Origin: Epiperipatus broadwayi
Lineage: Eukaryota; Animalia; Onychophora
Assembly (NCBI GenBank): GCA_028023455.1
Contig: JAQFVV010000003.1
Span: 14,198,001 to 14,262,000 of the forward strand
Length of the DNA stretch: 64,000 nt
Direction: 5' to 3'
Shown: positions 26,880 through 40,972 of the stretch, in pieces
Layout of the letters: the number at the start of each line of letters is the position of its first letter
Position numbering within the stretch: the stretch's first letter is position 1
Made by a program: the position numbers and the translations under genes
Notes under the pieces: model-generated
Seen by the model: the letters and a program-made list of their open reading frames with translations, nothing else
What the model was told of the DNA's origin: nothing
Database searches by the model: none

Positions 26880-27375
26880 CATAAAAACGTTCTTTAGACC
26901 CACGTGCATCTGTTCTTTCTAAAACTATCCAATATAACAGTAGAACCAGCTAATGGGTAATGCTGTGTTTTTAATTAGAAACATTTGTAGCTAACTTCTT
27001 TTATTATCTCAACCAATTTTCTGAATTTTTAAGTTAAGATCTCTAATAAAATTGTTCATGAAGGGTATTAGGATCTAAATTTTCAGTGATGTCAGCTCAT
27101 GGTTAAATTATTTGCATTTTAGATTTTTTTGTTTCCTACTTTGTATTTAAGAGACTGCTAGTGATATTTTGGAAGTTTGTTGTATTCATATTTTTACTTG
27201 TTTGTAATTCCATCATTAAAAAAAAAAAAAGGATATAAAAGCTGCCTATTTAGAAAACAAACTATCCAGTATGTCATTGTGCAGTACTTTGCTCCACTGA
27301 TGTTTACCATGTGACTTGTGCTTAATTGGAAATCATAGTTAGCTATTTTCCCACAAGGTGGCAGTATTTTGTTAA

Positions 27376-27383
27376 CTACCTCA
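27376..27383 (+). promoter_or_regulatory. Second let-7 8-mer seed site in the presumed HMGA 3' UTR
   Basis: CTACCTCA in context taACTACCTCAca. Confidence 0.65.
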
Positions 27384-27596
27384 CAGATGCATTATGTGAT
27401 GACATCCAGTTTGTTTTGTGTCCTTTTTTTTATACCGTTCTTGTATTGCATTCATCTGCCATCCAGGCATAATGTTCATTATTTGAGTACTATTTTAACA
27501 TATTCATTAAAACTATCATTAAAAAATTGTGTAATTCTTATATTTGAGATTTTTTTGTTTCGTATATAAAATTTATAATTTTCACCTTTAGTGTGT

Positions 27597-27602
27597 AATA
27601 AA
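27597..27602 (+). terminator. Candidate distal polyadenylation signal of HMGA
   Basis: AATAAA followed by U-rich sequence; a proximal AATAAA lies at 27045-27050. Confidence 0.4.
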
Positions 27603-28321
27603 AATTTTTATATTCCTTTTAAAAACAGCATTTTGTGTTGAAAATAATTTTTAAAATACTTGAATTTACTTAGCTTTAAATTCACTGCTGCTTTTTATGA
27701 TGATATAAATATATTTGCATATGATATTTGAATGGAAATTATTTGACCAATCTTAACGTTTTCATTTAAATTCTACTGATGATATATACTTCTCTAATGT
27801 ATATTTTTTAAATTAAAGATTTAAAATAATGGAAGCATTTTAATAACATAAGAAAATGTAAACTTTGAAGATATGTTCCATTACACTAAAATAGCAGCTA
27901 TTTATTCTTTTATTAGCCTTACCATCATGTACTTGGATAGATAAACTTTCAAAGATGTGTCTTTCAAGAGAATACAGTATGTATCTATAGCAATGGCTAT
28001 AGAAGCTTGCAAACTAATAAATATTACAATAAAAAAACAAAACCCTTTCCTCAGATAATGAAGAATATTAGGGGAGTAAACATTTACTTACTAATCAAAT
28101 TATCTACAGATTGGTGTTTTTGTTAGTTCTCTTACTTTCCTAGATATTTATTTACTAACCAATACTGGATGACTAGGTTGAAAGGGATATAAACTTGATA
28201 TCTGAAAAAAAAAAGTCTCATTCTAGCCTCAAACATGAATCTAAAAGCATAGCAGGAAAATAAATTATATTTTGAAGCTCTTATTTAAATTTGATGATCT
28301 AAATTATTTCTGAATGTTTAA

Positions 28322-30907
28322 ACCTGAGACTACAGTATGTGTGATACTGCTAGAAATTTTCATTGATTTAATTTCATAGAATTTTATAATTTGAACAGGT
28401 ATCCATCTTGTACTTTTCTAGCCATACCTATATTTTATAAAAATCAAATTAGTTTGAATTTTGCTCACATAATATAAATTTTGTCATTTTTTGGGGGGAT
28501 ATTTCATACAGCTATAGTCTAAACATAAGCAATTTCTTTTTGCAATTTGTTTTTTTTCCTACAAATATATTTTGTAAGTAATGTTTACAAAAGAAAAAAA
28601 TAATTATTTCATTATAATAACTAATTTTACTAAAAGCTTGATTTTTTTGTAAAAATAACTGATCATAATTTTTCCTAGAAGAATATATTCGACTAAACTC
28701 AGTTATAAGATGTATGAAAGTTTTTTAAGTGGTATTGCTGCAAAAAATTTTCATATACTTTAAATGATTTTGTGGGTCATTATGTCTTAACTACTTGTAA
28801 CTAAAAGAAAGTGTCCAACTGATCCTGGTTTTGAAGACTGATTTTTGAAGATATTAGATAATGACGATGACAATGATAGTTGATAGTGTTAATGAAAATA
28901 CAATGATGAAAAAATGTTAATAGACTTGGCAACAAATAATTCAAATAACTATGTTTGGTCTTGATAATCAATTCAAATGGTTCAAAGATCTGCTAGTGAA
29001 TAAAAGTCAAAGCTTTACCAGGATTGACAAATAATGCAAAAGCTTTAGGAGATAGTCCACATCCTGAAAAAGCATGGAATTTATTGTTTACCGATAACAT
29101 TTTGACTAAAATTGTGATGAGGACAAAACAGCATAAAATTCAAAATTATTCTCTTCTTTATGATGTGGATTTATTAAATCTGTAAGCATTTTTAAGACTT
29201 ATTAATCTATACAGAAATAAATTAGGCAATCAAAATCTTGATTCTTTCTATGTAATCTGATGAGAAATTTTTCAGGTAATTATGTCTAAAATATTTGAAT
29301 TTTTCTTTTGCTGTTTACATTTTGATAATCTGACTGATCAAAAAGTACGACTAAAAAATGATCCTGAAGCTGCCATTAGTAATTTGTTCAAAATGTTTAT
29401 TGAAAATTGCCAAAAAAATTGTTATTGAAATGCATGCTTGCATTGAGAAAATACTTGTGACCTTTAGGGGGAAATGCATATTTAAAATTTATGTACTAAA
29501 AAGCTTGGAATATATGGTATAAAAATCCTTTGCCTCACTGATGCTTTATACGATTATCATTTAAATGCTTAACCCATATTTATGAAAAAGTTCTGATAAA
29601 ACTTCTGCAGAAAATAAATGTTTTAGCATCCCATAGCAATCTGTTATTAGATGGGTGAAGCAACAGAAAGATCCAACAGAAATGTGACAATAGACAATTG
29701 GTTTAGCTCCATAGAAATGATCAGGATTGCAAAAGAGGAGACTAATTTACTTGAGAACATTGAAGAAAAATAAAACACATTTCTATAATTTTTCTACTAT
29801 CAACGTCAAGAATGGTGGAAAACAGTTTATATGGATTTCATAACAATATTATACTATTATCATTTTCTCAAAAAATATAAAGCTATACTACTAATTTCTT
29901 TCATGCATCACTAAACAATATTGACCCTAGCACTGACAAACCTGAAATGATGGCCGATTGTAATTCAAGAAAAGGAGTGGATTTATTTGATCTGCAATGT
30001 ACTAATTATTCATCTGGCAGGAAAACAAGATGTTGGTCAATAACAATTTTCTTCCAAATGTTAAATATTTCAATTGTAAACATATTCATTTAATATCGAA
30101 ATTTTAAGCAGTCAAAATTAAATATGTGGATTTTAAAAAATCATTATAGCAAAATTACTTACAAATCTATACTTAGAGGAAGACAATGTTTAACATCCGA
30201 AATGAACTTAATGTCTGTATTTTAAAAACATTAGATAGGTTCGAAGCTGCTGTCAATGACAATAATGAGAATGCAGATAACAAAAGACTAGGTAAAGAAA
30301 ACTTTCCACCAATGTCCTCCCCAAGTGAAAAGAAAACCTTTTTATATATGCAGCAGGCCAATTTATATAGAGCACATGAGAAAAATGCAACAATAAATGT
30401 TCCAGTCTGAAATAAATTATTTTAAAATTGTTTTTTTTTTTACTTATTTTAAATATTCACTTGGAACTTCAATTATATAAAATATTTTTTGCACTAAAGA
30501 TAAAATGTATATACTTAGCTTTAAAACTATCTCTAACTTTTAATTGGTACTTGAAATCAATGATTAATTCACATCACAATTTATGTTATCCATAGACGGT
30601 AAAGTTCTTAGACTATCCTAGCAATTTGCTAAACAAAATTCCAAATGTCAACAGTTGAGTGAAATTCATGGATTGAGTGGTCATATGGTATTTTTTAATT
30701 TGCATATTATGAAAACATACCTTAAAGTTACAAATGTTCTGGATGATTTTTTTTTTCTTGCAAATTATTGTATCTAGACTATTCTTGTTCCAAAATATTC
30801 ATATTCCACACAGAAAACAAGTTTTTGTTGCAAACTGATTCTCACCATATTGACATTGGGTTTTTCTATCTTTACATACATTATATATTGCACTCATAGT
30901 CTAAGGA
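28322..30907 (+). mobile_element. Degenerate piggyBac (PGBD4-like) transposon
   Basis: Fragmented motifs AW.LFTD.IL, LHFDN, FRG.C.FK.Y, YGIK, NVT.DNWFSS, KPEM, RKTR.W across ~29050-30100. Tentative ends are TTAA-acctgagactac (28318-28333) and atagtctaagga (30896-30907); the ends are low confidence. Confidence 0.8.
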
Positions 30908-31731
30908 TAAATAATACATTCTATATACATAATGTAAACATTTTATCATAAAAATGCATATCATTTTCTGCAAACAAATTTTGCATTTGATTGTTATATT
31001 TAATGGAAAATAAAATGTTTATTTAGGAAGTGTCTTCACAATAATAGAATTCGGTGAAAAGGTTGGGTAATTTTTATTTCATAAATCATTTCAAATGAAT
31101 TTTCGTAATCTCAACATTATATATATTTTTAAAGACAACAATAGAAAATGCCACTATATGAAAGTTAAAAAATACCAATGCTTATATATAAATTAGAAAT
31201 CTAGGATATAATAAAAGGTAATATTGCTATTAATATACAGTAAATTTAATACATGTCCATAATGTATGTATATAAATATTTTTGGACAATAAAATTACAG
31301 CAACATTAATAATTCTTCCTAATTAAAATAAATTTATGAATGGAAATACTTTTTAACAAATTATATTTTTCTTTAAAATCTACAGTTTAAGAACAGGACC
31401 TACTATATAAAATATTTAATGCATTCTAATTAAATATTAGTAAGGGTTGTTACAATGGAGACAGTCATGTTTTAGAAAGATAAAATTATCAATTTAATTT
31501 GTTTATCTGTTAGTAGCTCTAGCATTGAAAATATACTTATTTTTAATCATTTTTCTGAAAATCAGAAAGCTGATTAACTTTGTGAAGAAATGTAAAATGA
31601 TTAGCTTATGAAGAATGCATATATGATATTTTAAAGCTTTTGAAAAGCAGGGAACCTGATTAATGTCATCAATAACCAAAAAATTTTCAAGTGAGAAAGA
31701 AGTGATTCTTATTAGTATAATTTTATTTACA

Positions 31732-31789
31732 CTTTCAAAAGTTCAATTTTAGTTTCCAGTCTTTCAAAAGTTCAATTTTAGTTTCCAGT
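31732..31789 (+). repeat. 29 bp perfect tandem duplication
   Basis: ctttcaaaagttcaattttagtttccagt x2. Confidence 0.9.
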
Positions 31790-34700
31790 ATAAGGCAGAA
31801 AATGAATCACTGTAGAATCAAAAATTTTAAACAATGTAGGTAAATCATCTGAATTTTTATTAAGTTTATGCCTTTAGAAATTGGATCTTAATTTTCATTA
31901 AAATCTATTTTACATTTATATTTTTGATTTTGTTATATTTTTCCTGGTTATACGATTCTTTTGAATGGCAATTTTGCTCTAGGCTGATAATTTGGATCAA
32001 TTATATGTATTTTCAATATAAGCTACAACAGACGATACAATGAACCAGAATCATTTACAATTTATTATAGCAGATCCTATTATAGATTTTAAATGAGATT
32101 AGAACCCTATTGTAAAAAATTGTTTAATTTATTAAATACTCATTGTATATATTATCTGAGACATCGCTTTATAAAAATAGATAGGCCTATAGTATTTTTA
32201 AAGTACAGTACTACTTTACAATAATGACTTTTTGCTCTAACAATCTTGCTTTTAAATTATGCTTTTCAGATACTTTGGCCTAAGAATTACTTTAACCATT
32301 TCCTTTTTAGATTATCAGTGTTTGCATAACATACCTACGTGGAAAATTTCCAAACTTCTATTACATAGTAAATACTGGTTTAATCAATTTATTGAAAGTG
32401 CTTTCTCTGAGAGTTGCCTTTTGCAAATGAAAAGCTAATCAATAAGAAATGAGGATATATAATCTAAAGTATTAATTTGCATAAATGTAATTACAAAACG
32501 AAATAAATTATGATGTAAAGTTATTTTATACAAATGAAATTATAAAGAATAAATTATTTATTAAATTTTACTTCATTTAAATTAAAGTAACGGCAATAAG
32601 AAATTCCCAGGTAGATTTATTTTTTAGGAATTACATTTGACAAATATTACTGTTTATTATACAATATTTTATTGTTTTATAATTCTACTTGCATAAAAAA
32701 TGAATTTATTCATTTACATACATTTTAGGATAGGTATTTTGGAGGATAAGTACTAAATAAATTGTTTATTAACAATTTACGTTATAGTAAAAATATTTAA
32801 TTATTTCTACATATTTTAAATTTCTGGAAAGCAAAATTACTTCTTGAAAAAAAAAAAAAGGTTTTAACTGCTGTTTGTAGAGCATTTACTCATGTCCCTG
32901 TGTGTCTCATAGCTATATTATTCTAGTCACATTCCTTTAAATAAAGCTCTAAATATGTTTGAATTTTATATGTAAGATGATTAACATTTCTGCTGTTCAT
33001 TTAATTTTAAGAATTCCTATCAGTAGATTTAATTAAATTTCTAACTTGATTGATCAATTACTAAATCTGCAGTAATATATTAGTTATAATAATATTTGTT
33101 TTTAGTTTCTAAAATACAAACTAATTATTGATCAGATTAATTAAAATTTTAAAAATAAAATATGTTATAAAAATTGTTGCGGTCAACATGAAAATATTCT
33201 TTTCAGCCTATGACAAATTGCAGTTGCATATTGATATTTCTATTTATCTTCTAAAAATATTTTCTAAGAAAATCTTAATTATTTTATTATTTCTTTTGAA
33301 AAAAATTACATATTTAAACAAAGTACAAAAAAACGTATTAACTTTTCAAAATTAAAACAAAGTAGTACTTTCAAAATCAATCAAAAGTGTTCTGTGGAGA
33401 GAATAAGAAACTTCCAATCAATGCAATTCATAGGCAATGCTTTGGCATATTTGTAATAGTTTTAAATTTAAATGAAATTGATGTATTAGTTCCAGAAAAA
33501 AAATTAAGATGGCTGCTTTATGCAATAATGTTTTTTTATAAAATGAATAGAAAATCTGCAAAAGAAATGCTAGAGATAACAGCAAAAGAAAACTAATGCT
33601 GAGCAAAATAAAGTTGCATTCACTATGATTACAGGTTAATGTATATTTTCAAATTACAACTAATTGTTAATATTTACTAAGGCTGTAACCTCAAGGATAT
33701 ACATGTAAAAATGTGATAGTAGGGACCTCTACAGGTCTTAACCACAAGCTTATGTTTGGGAAGAAAAGAGGGGAACTCGTACGAAAGGGGGAACCCTTTA
33801 CTTCAATCTACTTTCTATATAAATAGGTGAAGCTCAATAAATATTTGAAAATTATTGCATAATCTAATATTTTGTTAAAAAAGAAACATTTCTTTCTAAT
33901 AGATGTCTATTTCTAATATAAATTTTGCATTAAAAATGAAATATCAAAACATTTTCATATATGAATTTTGATTAAAATTTTATGAAGACCAAGATCCATC
34001 CTAAATACATCAAAATCCACAATTTGTGAATACATTTACAATTGACTCTAAAAATCTAATTTTTATTTTATGATTATATTTTCCAAGTCTTATTTTTATC
34101 GTATGTTATCTTTATGAAATATATATTTTATCTTTTAACATCATGCAATCTAAAGTTATTGTAAAAATTACTTCAGTAATGTAATAGCCAAGTCAATAAT
34201 TGCATTCTTTACAATTATCCAAGTTATTGATTTCCTATTTAATTTCATCTTTACTCTTCAAATAAATATTTGTTTAATTACAGGTTCCACTTATTGAAAA
34301 AAAAAAGTATAATAGTATTATACAAATAGTGAGCTTCAGATAATTATGATAATACTTGCAATGCAGAAGATGAGCATCCTCACAAGAAACCCCTAGATAC
34401 TGAGAAAGGGTTAATGATGAATGCAACCCCATTCTGTCATTATTGGGAAATACTTTATATTTTTAAAATCAACTAAATAGATATGGTTATAAACTATTGA
34501 TACATTTTTTTATATAAAAATACTGATTTATAATTATGACTAAAATGTCAATAGTAGCATCTCATAATAATGACAGGCCTTTTTCACTCATGAATGCAAT
34601 ATAGCAGCAAATCCACATTATTATTGTGCAGGATAAGCAAAAAAATCACATAACTATTATTTTATTAATAGCCGTATTTCATTAATCTTTCAAAAGGGCT

Positions 34701-35669
34701 TTCCAATCTATATGCATATTTTCCTCTTCCTGTTGATTTCTTGATGCATATTAATAGCAGCACATGAAGGACTTCTTACTTTTGTATTTAGGTGATCACC
34801 TTTGTCATACAAAAAAGAATTTGTCATAGTTCTCATATTTTTTAATAAAGGCACTGAAATAGATTTCCAGTTTTTATAACAAATCTTTTTAGAGCCTTGG
34901 TTAAGACATCTAGATATTGAAATTTGATTGAGATCAAATGTAAATTGTTTTTTTCAATTAATAAGTAATAAAAGTTGCAATTTTTTTAACAGTTTATTTA
35001 CTGAAATATGTTATAAGAGGGAGGAGCTATAATGGCAAAAATTTATATTATATTAAACACTCCAATTTAGAATTTCCTTATATATATATTACATTTTTTA
35101 AAATCGTAAATATTTGCATTCCAAACTTATTTCAGACTACTTTTTTCCTATAGTTACATAAAAATATTAAGAGTTTAGATAATATAAGATTTTGATATCT
35201 ATATATAATTATAATTTCAACTTTATAGGATGAAAGATTTTTGTTCTATAAACATTAAATTATACACATAATTTTTTTCATTAGATACCAATGACATCAA
35301 GTAATGCATAAACATCTAACTGATAAATTTGAGTGCTCTGCTTTAGAATACGAATCTTTATTTTGACAATGATAATGTAAGATGTTCCAAATGTGAATGA
35401 AGAAAATAATGATGAAGAAAAAGAAAATATATAATGCCAAGTCTGCTTCCAATATACTGTACAAAATGTCATATCAAAATTGAGCCTGTTGAAAAAGAAT
35501 TCTACAGTAATTGATGACAAATACAAGGTATACTTTGATCATGAATAAATTTTATGAAATTATGGAGTATTTGAGAAAGTATTTTAGGTTTTTATATATT
35601 CCAAGTCAGATCTTAGTTTGGAGAGTCTAATGCTCTCCAAAGGGATTCTATACATATTTCTACAATGGG

Positions 35670-36400
35670 TGAGTATTGGATCATTTATATACAGATCTGT
35701 AATATTGTCATTCTGAAGAATATTTATCAAAATGCAGTGATTAAATTAGTTATACTAAGACAATATTAAGAATGATGTACAACAGGTTAATTCCATATCT
35801 CCAAAACTTTTTCCAGCAGTTTTAGAAGTATTTTGTGAATTAAAATGGGAAGCTAAAGGAGTAAAGTAAATGGAAATTAGTTAAGCAATCAAAAGATTTT
35901 GCAGATATGGTTGTTTTTGCAAGTAATATTTCAGAGCTTTAGAAAATACTACAAGAATTATCAGATGAAAGGAAGACGAAATATAAATACTAAAAAGAGT
36001 AAAGTAATGTTCAATGGATTTTCTTTGAAGAAAATAAAGATTAATAATCAGTTAGAAATTAACAAATACCTTGGCCATAATCATAGAATTAAACTTGAAT
36101 GATAGAAATAATAAGGATTAAAAATGAAAAATATAGATGAGAAAACACAGGTATTGCTGTATCATTGATGAATTGAGATTGAAATGGAACTGGGATGGAC
36201 ACTATGACAATAGATGACAGTTGAAGTCAAACTGGATCTCAAAGGATTATAGTACCTAAAAAGAGATCACAAGATATGGATGTATGAAATAAGGAAGTTT
36301 TTTAAGTGATTCAGAAAAGAGAAGCTAGAAATAAGAGAAATTGGATTAAGTTTAGAGACTCATCCTGCAGTTGATTATTAATGGTTGAAAATGATAATGA
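35670..36400 (+). mobile_element. Degenerate RTE LINE 3' half (RT to tail)
   Basis: NIKNDVQQVNSISPKLFPAVLEVFCELKWEAKGVK versus NIEKGVRQGDSISPKLFTAVLQEVFCGLKWETKGVK in the young copy; 3' end catcctgcagttgattattaatggttga matches the RTE terminus. Confidence 0.8.
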
Positions 36401-37849
36401 ATGTATTTTGCATTTTATATTGTATTTGATATCAATATTAATTTCTTTAATGCAGAACTCAATATTTTCATTATGGAAAACATCGAGTGGAGGTTTTGAC
36501 AAAGAGCATTTTTTCTTTAATTTCATAGAATGAAACAGTTGTGAGCATATGGTATATACAATATATATTTATATTAAAACAATTTATTAAATCAAAATTT
36601 TACATACAAAATTTAAGTTATTTGAAATATCCACATTTTGTTATTGCCCTTTTCACATTTAGTTATTGACTTTTACATTTATTTATGAAAAAAACCCATT
36701 AATATGAAACTTAGCACTGCATATCATTAGTTAACTTGATATAATTCTGTCTATAATAAAATTTCAAGTTCTTAAAGAATTGTCTAAATGAGAATTAGTA
36801 AGTTATGTTCAGTGCTTGAATTTAAAAGTACTTACTATTTGAAAAAAAGACATACAAGAATATGTTGCACAATAAGAAAAATTTTAAAGATTTTCTTAAT
36901 AAAGGATAGCTATCATTATCTGAATTCCAGAATGTTTTATTACTCTAATATTTTAAAAATTATATCAGTTTTTATATTCTTCAATTTCAAGTCCTCTTCA
37001 TTAATGACTTTAAAATAAGTTTTGAAATTTTAGCAGATACATCTTTGTCTATAAAAGTGAATTAATTTATGAAAAATGTTACAAGTTAATGTAATTCTAA
37101 TTTCAGAGTTTATAGAAAAGTTTGTATTAAAATTATTAAAAAAAAAAAATCTATATCCACAGTACATGTTATAGGAACATAATGCCTTTAGTTTTTTTTT
37201 TTCTAAAACTTCCAATCACATTTTCAGAAATTTAGATCAACTACTTTTTTTATAAGAGGGCATGATAATCATAATATTTTATTACAAAGTTATTCTACTT
37301 ATCTTCAGACAACAGCTTAACATTTAGCTCCTGTAGAAGATTTAGTAAAGGATCTGACTTCTATATCAGAGATGACCAAACTTTTAGATGCTGGAGGTGA
37401 CTTTTAGTGAAAGCATACCTGAGGGTAATTATATTTTTTTCAGGACTTTGAACTGGAAACCAGAAAAAAATTTGCCGGAACAGAAAAAAAATAATGGTTT
37501 GAAGTCTGTTTTTTTTTTAGAATGTACTTATGAATTGGTGTTGTTGTTTTTTTATAAGGGCTTTTTGGCTACTCACATATATTGGGCATGTTTTTAGAAG
37601 ATACTTATTTTTTTTTCTATAAAATACGAACTGTCGAAGACATTTTACTATGACTACTATTAAATTACCTCAGCTCCCTCTAGTATTACAATTTGTCCAT
37701 GTCGCTTTATAAAATATTTATGAAATTACAATTATTAAATTACCTATAAATAATTATTTTCTAAAGCTGGTCCTGAATTTTAAAAAAATATAGAGCAAAA
37801 AAAGAAAATTGTTTTAGAATTGTATTAAAATAAATTAGATGCAAACCAA

Positions 37850-39553
37850 AAAAATAATAAAATTTTTTTATTTTGCATATTTTCTCAAAATTTGGCTCAT
37901 ATGATCTTAAACTAATTCTTAAAACACAATTCCAAATGTAGATCCGATAATTGTGACCTATGTTTAGTTTTTATTGCATTTATGCAGGAAAATGCTGATT
38001 TGCACAAATATGTTGAACCAAAAAATGCATTGAAATATACAGCAACTTTCCAAATATTTGGATATTTATCCATGCTTACTAATATCCAGAAGCTTTCATT
38101 TGAAATTATTGATTTTAAATGTATATCACATTTAATATTTACTATTTCTTCTTCAAGCTCCACTGAATCTGTATATATAAATTTGTTTAATGTCATAGCA
38201 ATATCTTCAATATTGATTTTAACATTCAAAATTGTCAAATTCCTTTATGAGGAATATATTTTCAACATTTGTAGATTAGATTCTATCTTTAGACTCATCA
38301 GCCATATTTTTGAAATGTGTTAATTCTCAGTGCTTCTGTTGTATTACAAAACTTACTTAATTTTTCCTTGAATGACTTCAAAGTGCTTATCATAACTATT
38401 GTTTTACCTTGTAATTCTACATGTAAGTTTAGTTTTTCTGTAATATCACAGAAAAAGGTGAGATCAAGAAACCATTCTTTGTCATTCAGTTCTGGATATA
38501 AATCACTTTTAGTTTCCAAAAATGATCTTATTTGTGGTACAAGTTCTCTGAATCTGATTAAAAATTTTGCTCGACATAACCATCTTATGTCAGTATGTAA
38601 TAACAATTCACTATGTTCACTCTTGCATTCCTTTAGCAAATTCTGGAATTGATGATGTAACAAACTTTTTTATCTTATTTTATTAACAATTTTGAAGGCA
38701 ACATTCATAACAACATTACATTTCAATACTTTTGAACACAAGGCATGCTGATATATAATACGATAGTCCATAAAACTAGATATATCATTATCATTTTTAC
38801 ATAAAGTAAAACCAATTTTACTGCCAATCATTGCAGGAGCTCTGTCAATAGTTATTGATACTAATTTATGAATTGGGAAATTCGTTTGTACATTGTAATT
38901 CTTGAATAAACCATGAATTGGAATAATTGTTAATTTTTCTGAGTTGACATATCAAAAACCATGTGGATAAAAATACACAATTGTACAGTACCTGTATAAT
39001 CTGTAGATTCATCAAACTAGTAATAAAAAGTTACAATTGTTAATGTTTTTATGTAAAATCTCTTAAGATTTTGACTAATTTCTTCTGTCTTATGCATGAT
39101 TGTGTTTTCTGATAATGACATATTGTTAATAAAAGTCATTTCAGATTTATTTTTAAAATTTTCAAATAATATTTCAGCAGTTTTGATGAAGGCATCTTTC
39201 CATATTTGTCCATCTTCAAAGGGTTTATTGTGTTTAGTTAAGGTTTCAGCAAGTTGATGCAACCACAGCAATTTTTGAGCTTGTATTGTACTTGGTAAAT
39301 AAAATTTGTTGCATAGTGAGTTGTGTCTAGCTGTTGTAATTTAGCTTTTCTTAATGCAATGCCTAGTGGATAATCATCTTCATAATTTTTATGAGTGCAA
39401 AAATGTCTTTCAACATTGGCTTTCTTCGGTAAATCACATGCGCGCTGCAAATAATACATATACATGTTTTTCATTATAATAAAAAAATAATATTCCCATT
39501 CTTTACAATAGTGATGTTTTTATTTTTTTCACAATTGTACTTGGTTTATTCAT
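37850..39553 (-). pseudogene. Disrupted hAT transposase (GTF2IRD2/ZBED5/SPIN-like)
   Basis: ORF pieces LPKKANVERHF, LLLHTDIRWLCRAKFLIRF, DLTFFCDIT.KLN.LHVELQG and FGSTYLCKSAFS; putative ATG at 39553; multiple stops and frameshifts. Confidence 0.9.
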
Positions 39554-40972
39554 TGTAATCCTGTTGTGTATTCACTTGCCAACAAATAACAAAAAAAAAA
39601 CCAAGTCTAAAGAAAATAAACTATCACTAATAAAGATGAAAAAATATTAACCTTTAAACACAGATCACTAAAAGTTTGGCATTTACAAATTTGATCAATA
39701 AGTCTTTGATTCTAATTACTATTTTCTGTAAATTCTAATATTCACCGCTGATAATAGACTAACATCAGTCATCACTATTCTTAGACCTGACTTAAAAATA
39801 ATTACAAGTTATTTATACTCTCAGTCTTTCTCTGCACAATCCTGCTCTAGATCCTTTTTCAAAAGTCCAATATATGCAACACCATTCACAAAGAGTAAAA
39901 AAGCACCACCACTATTTTCTGCACACACTATTTATATCTATCACTTTCATATTCAGTATTCATATTATAATTGATAATTCTTCTTCAGGTTATTCCATGA
40001 TAGAATTAAGTCTTTTACCAAAATTATTCATTAAGCTTTAATTGCATATGTGCACATTACTTTCACCACAATTAGTCTTTTCGATATTAATTGTACTAAC
40101 AATTCTTTACTCTTTTGTTTAATTAGTTTTACAAATAGCTTTCTGCTCTAATTAAACAATGCTATCTTTTTTCTACAATTAATCTAACAGATATTTACTG
40201 AATTATAATTCCCATTTTATTTTATCTTTCAGCAATCTTTTTTCATTGCACTTTACTTAATTAAAATACTTTCTATATTTAACTTTCTTTCTGCACTCTT
40301 TTTTTCTGGAATAATTAAACATGGCTTTACAACTTGTACAAAATTAAAGTTAATCAATCAATATCCTCAATTTATTTTTTGATTTTTATAAAATTTTTGT
40401 TTTTTGTATTTTTTGATTCACTTGTATAATTAATAAGTAAATACGAGTAAGGAAATTTAAAACACATCCCCCTCTCCTAGTCTGGCCTCAAAAATTTGCT
40501 AGAGAGAAAAAAAAGTACATAAAAATAATATTTTACAAAAGTCCTCTATTTCTCTGCCTTGGAAAATCCCCACATTTTCTCTGCTAACAGTCTTTACAAT
40601 AATTAGAAATAAAGTTTGTTTCTTGCTTTGATATCTATTTTCTTTCATAGATAGAAAAAGTCCTGTTTTCTTTTTAAATCTCCTTGGGAATTATTTACTA
40701 GCTAGATGAAGTGTTTTAAAAAGATCACAACTTCTTTGTTTTAAAATCAGTTTGTTAAAATCCTTGTTTCTCTAGAACAAGAATTTTAGCTCTAGTGTTA
40801 CACAAAAATAACTTAATTCTTTTGAGCTTCTTCTAACTTGAGTTTATTTTTGAGATCGGCAATACCAACAGGGGTTATTTTAAATTTAACTTTTTAAATG
40901 AGAATAATTTTGAATTTTTCCTTTTATTATTTTTTATATTCAAATCAGCTCTGAATTTATCACTAATTTGTC

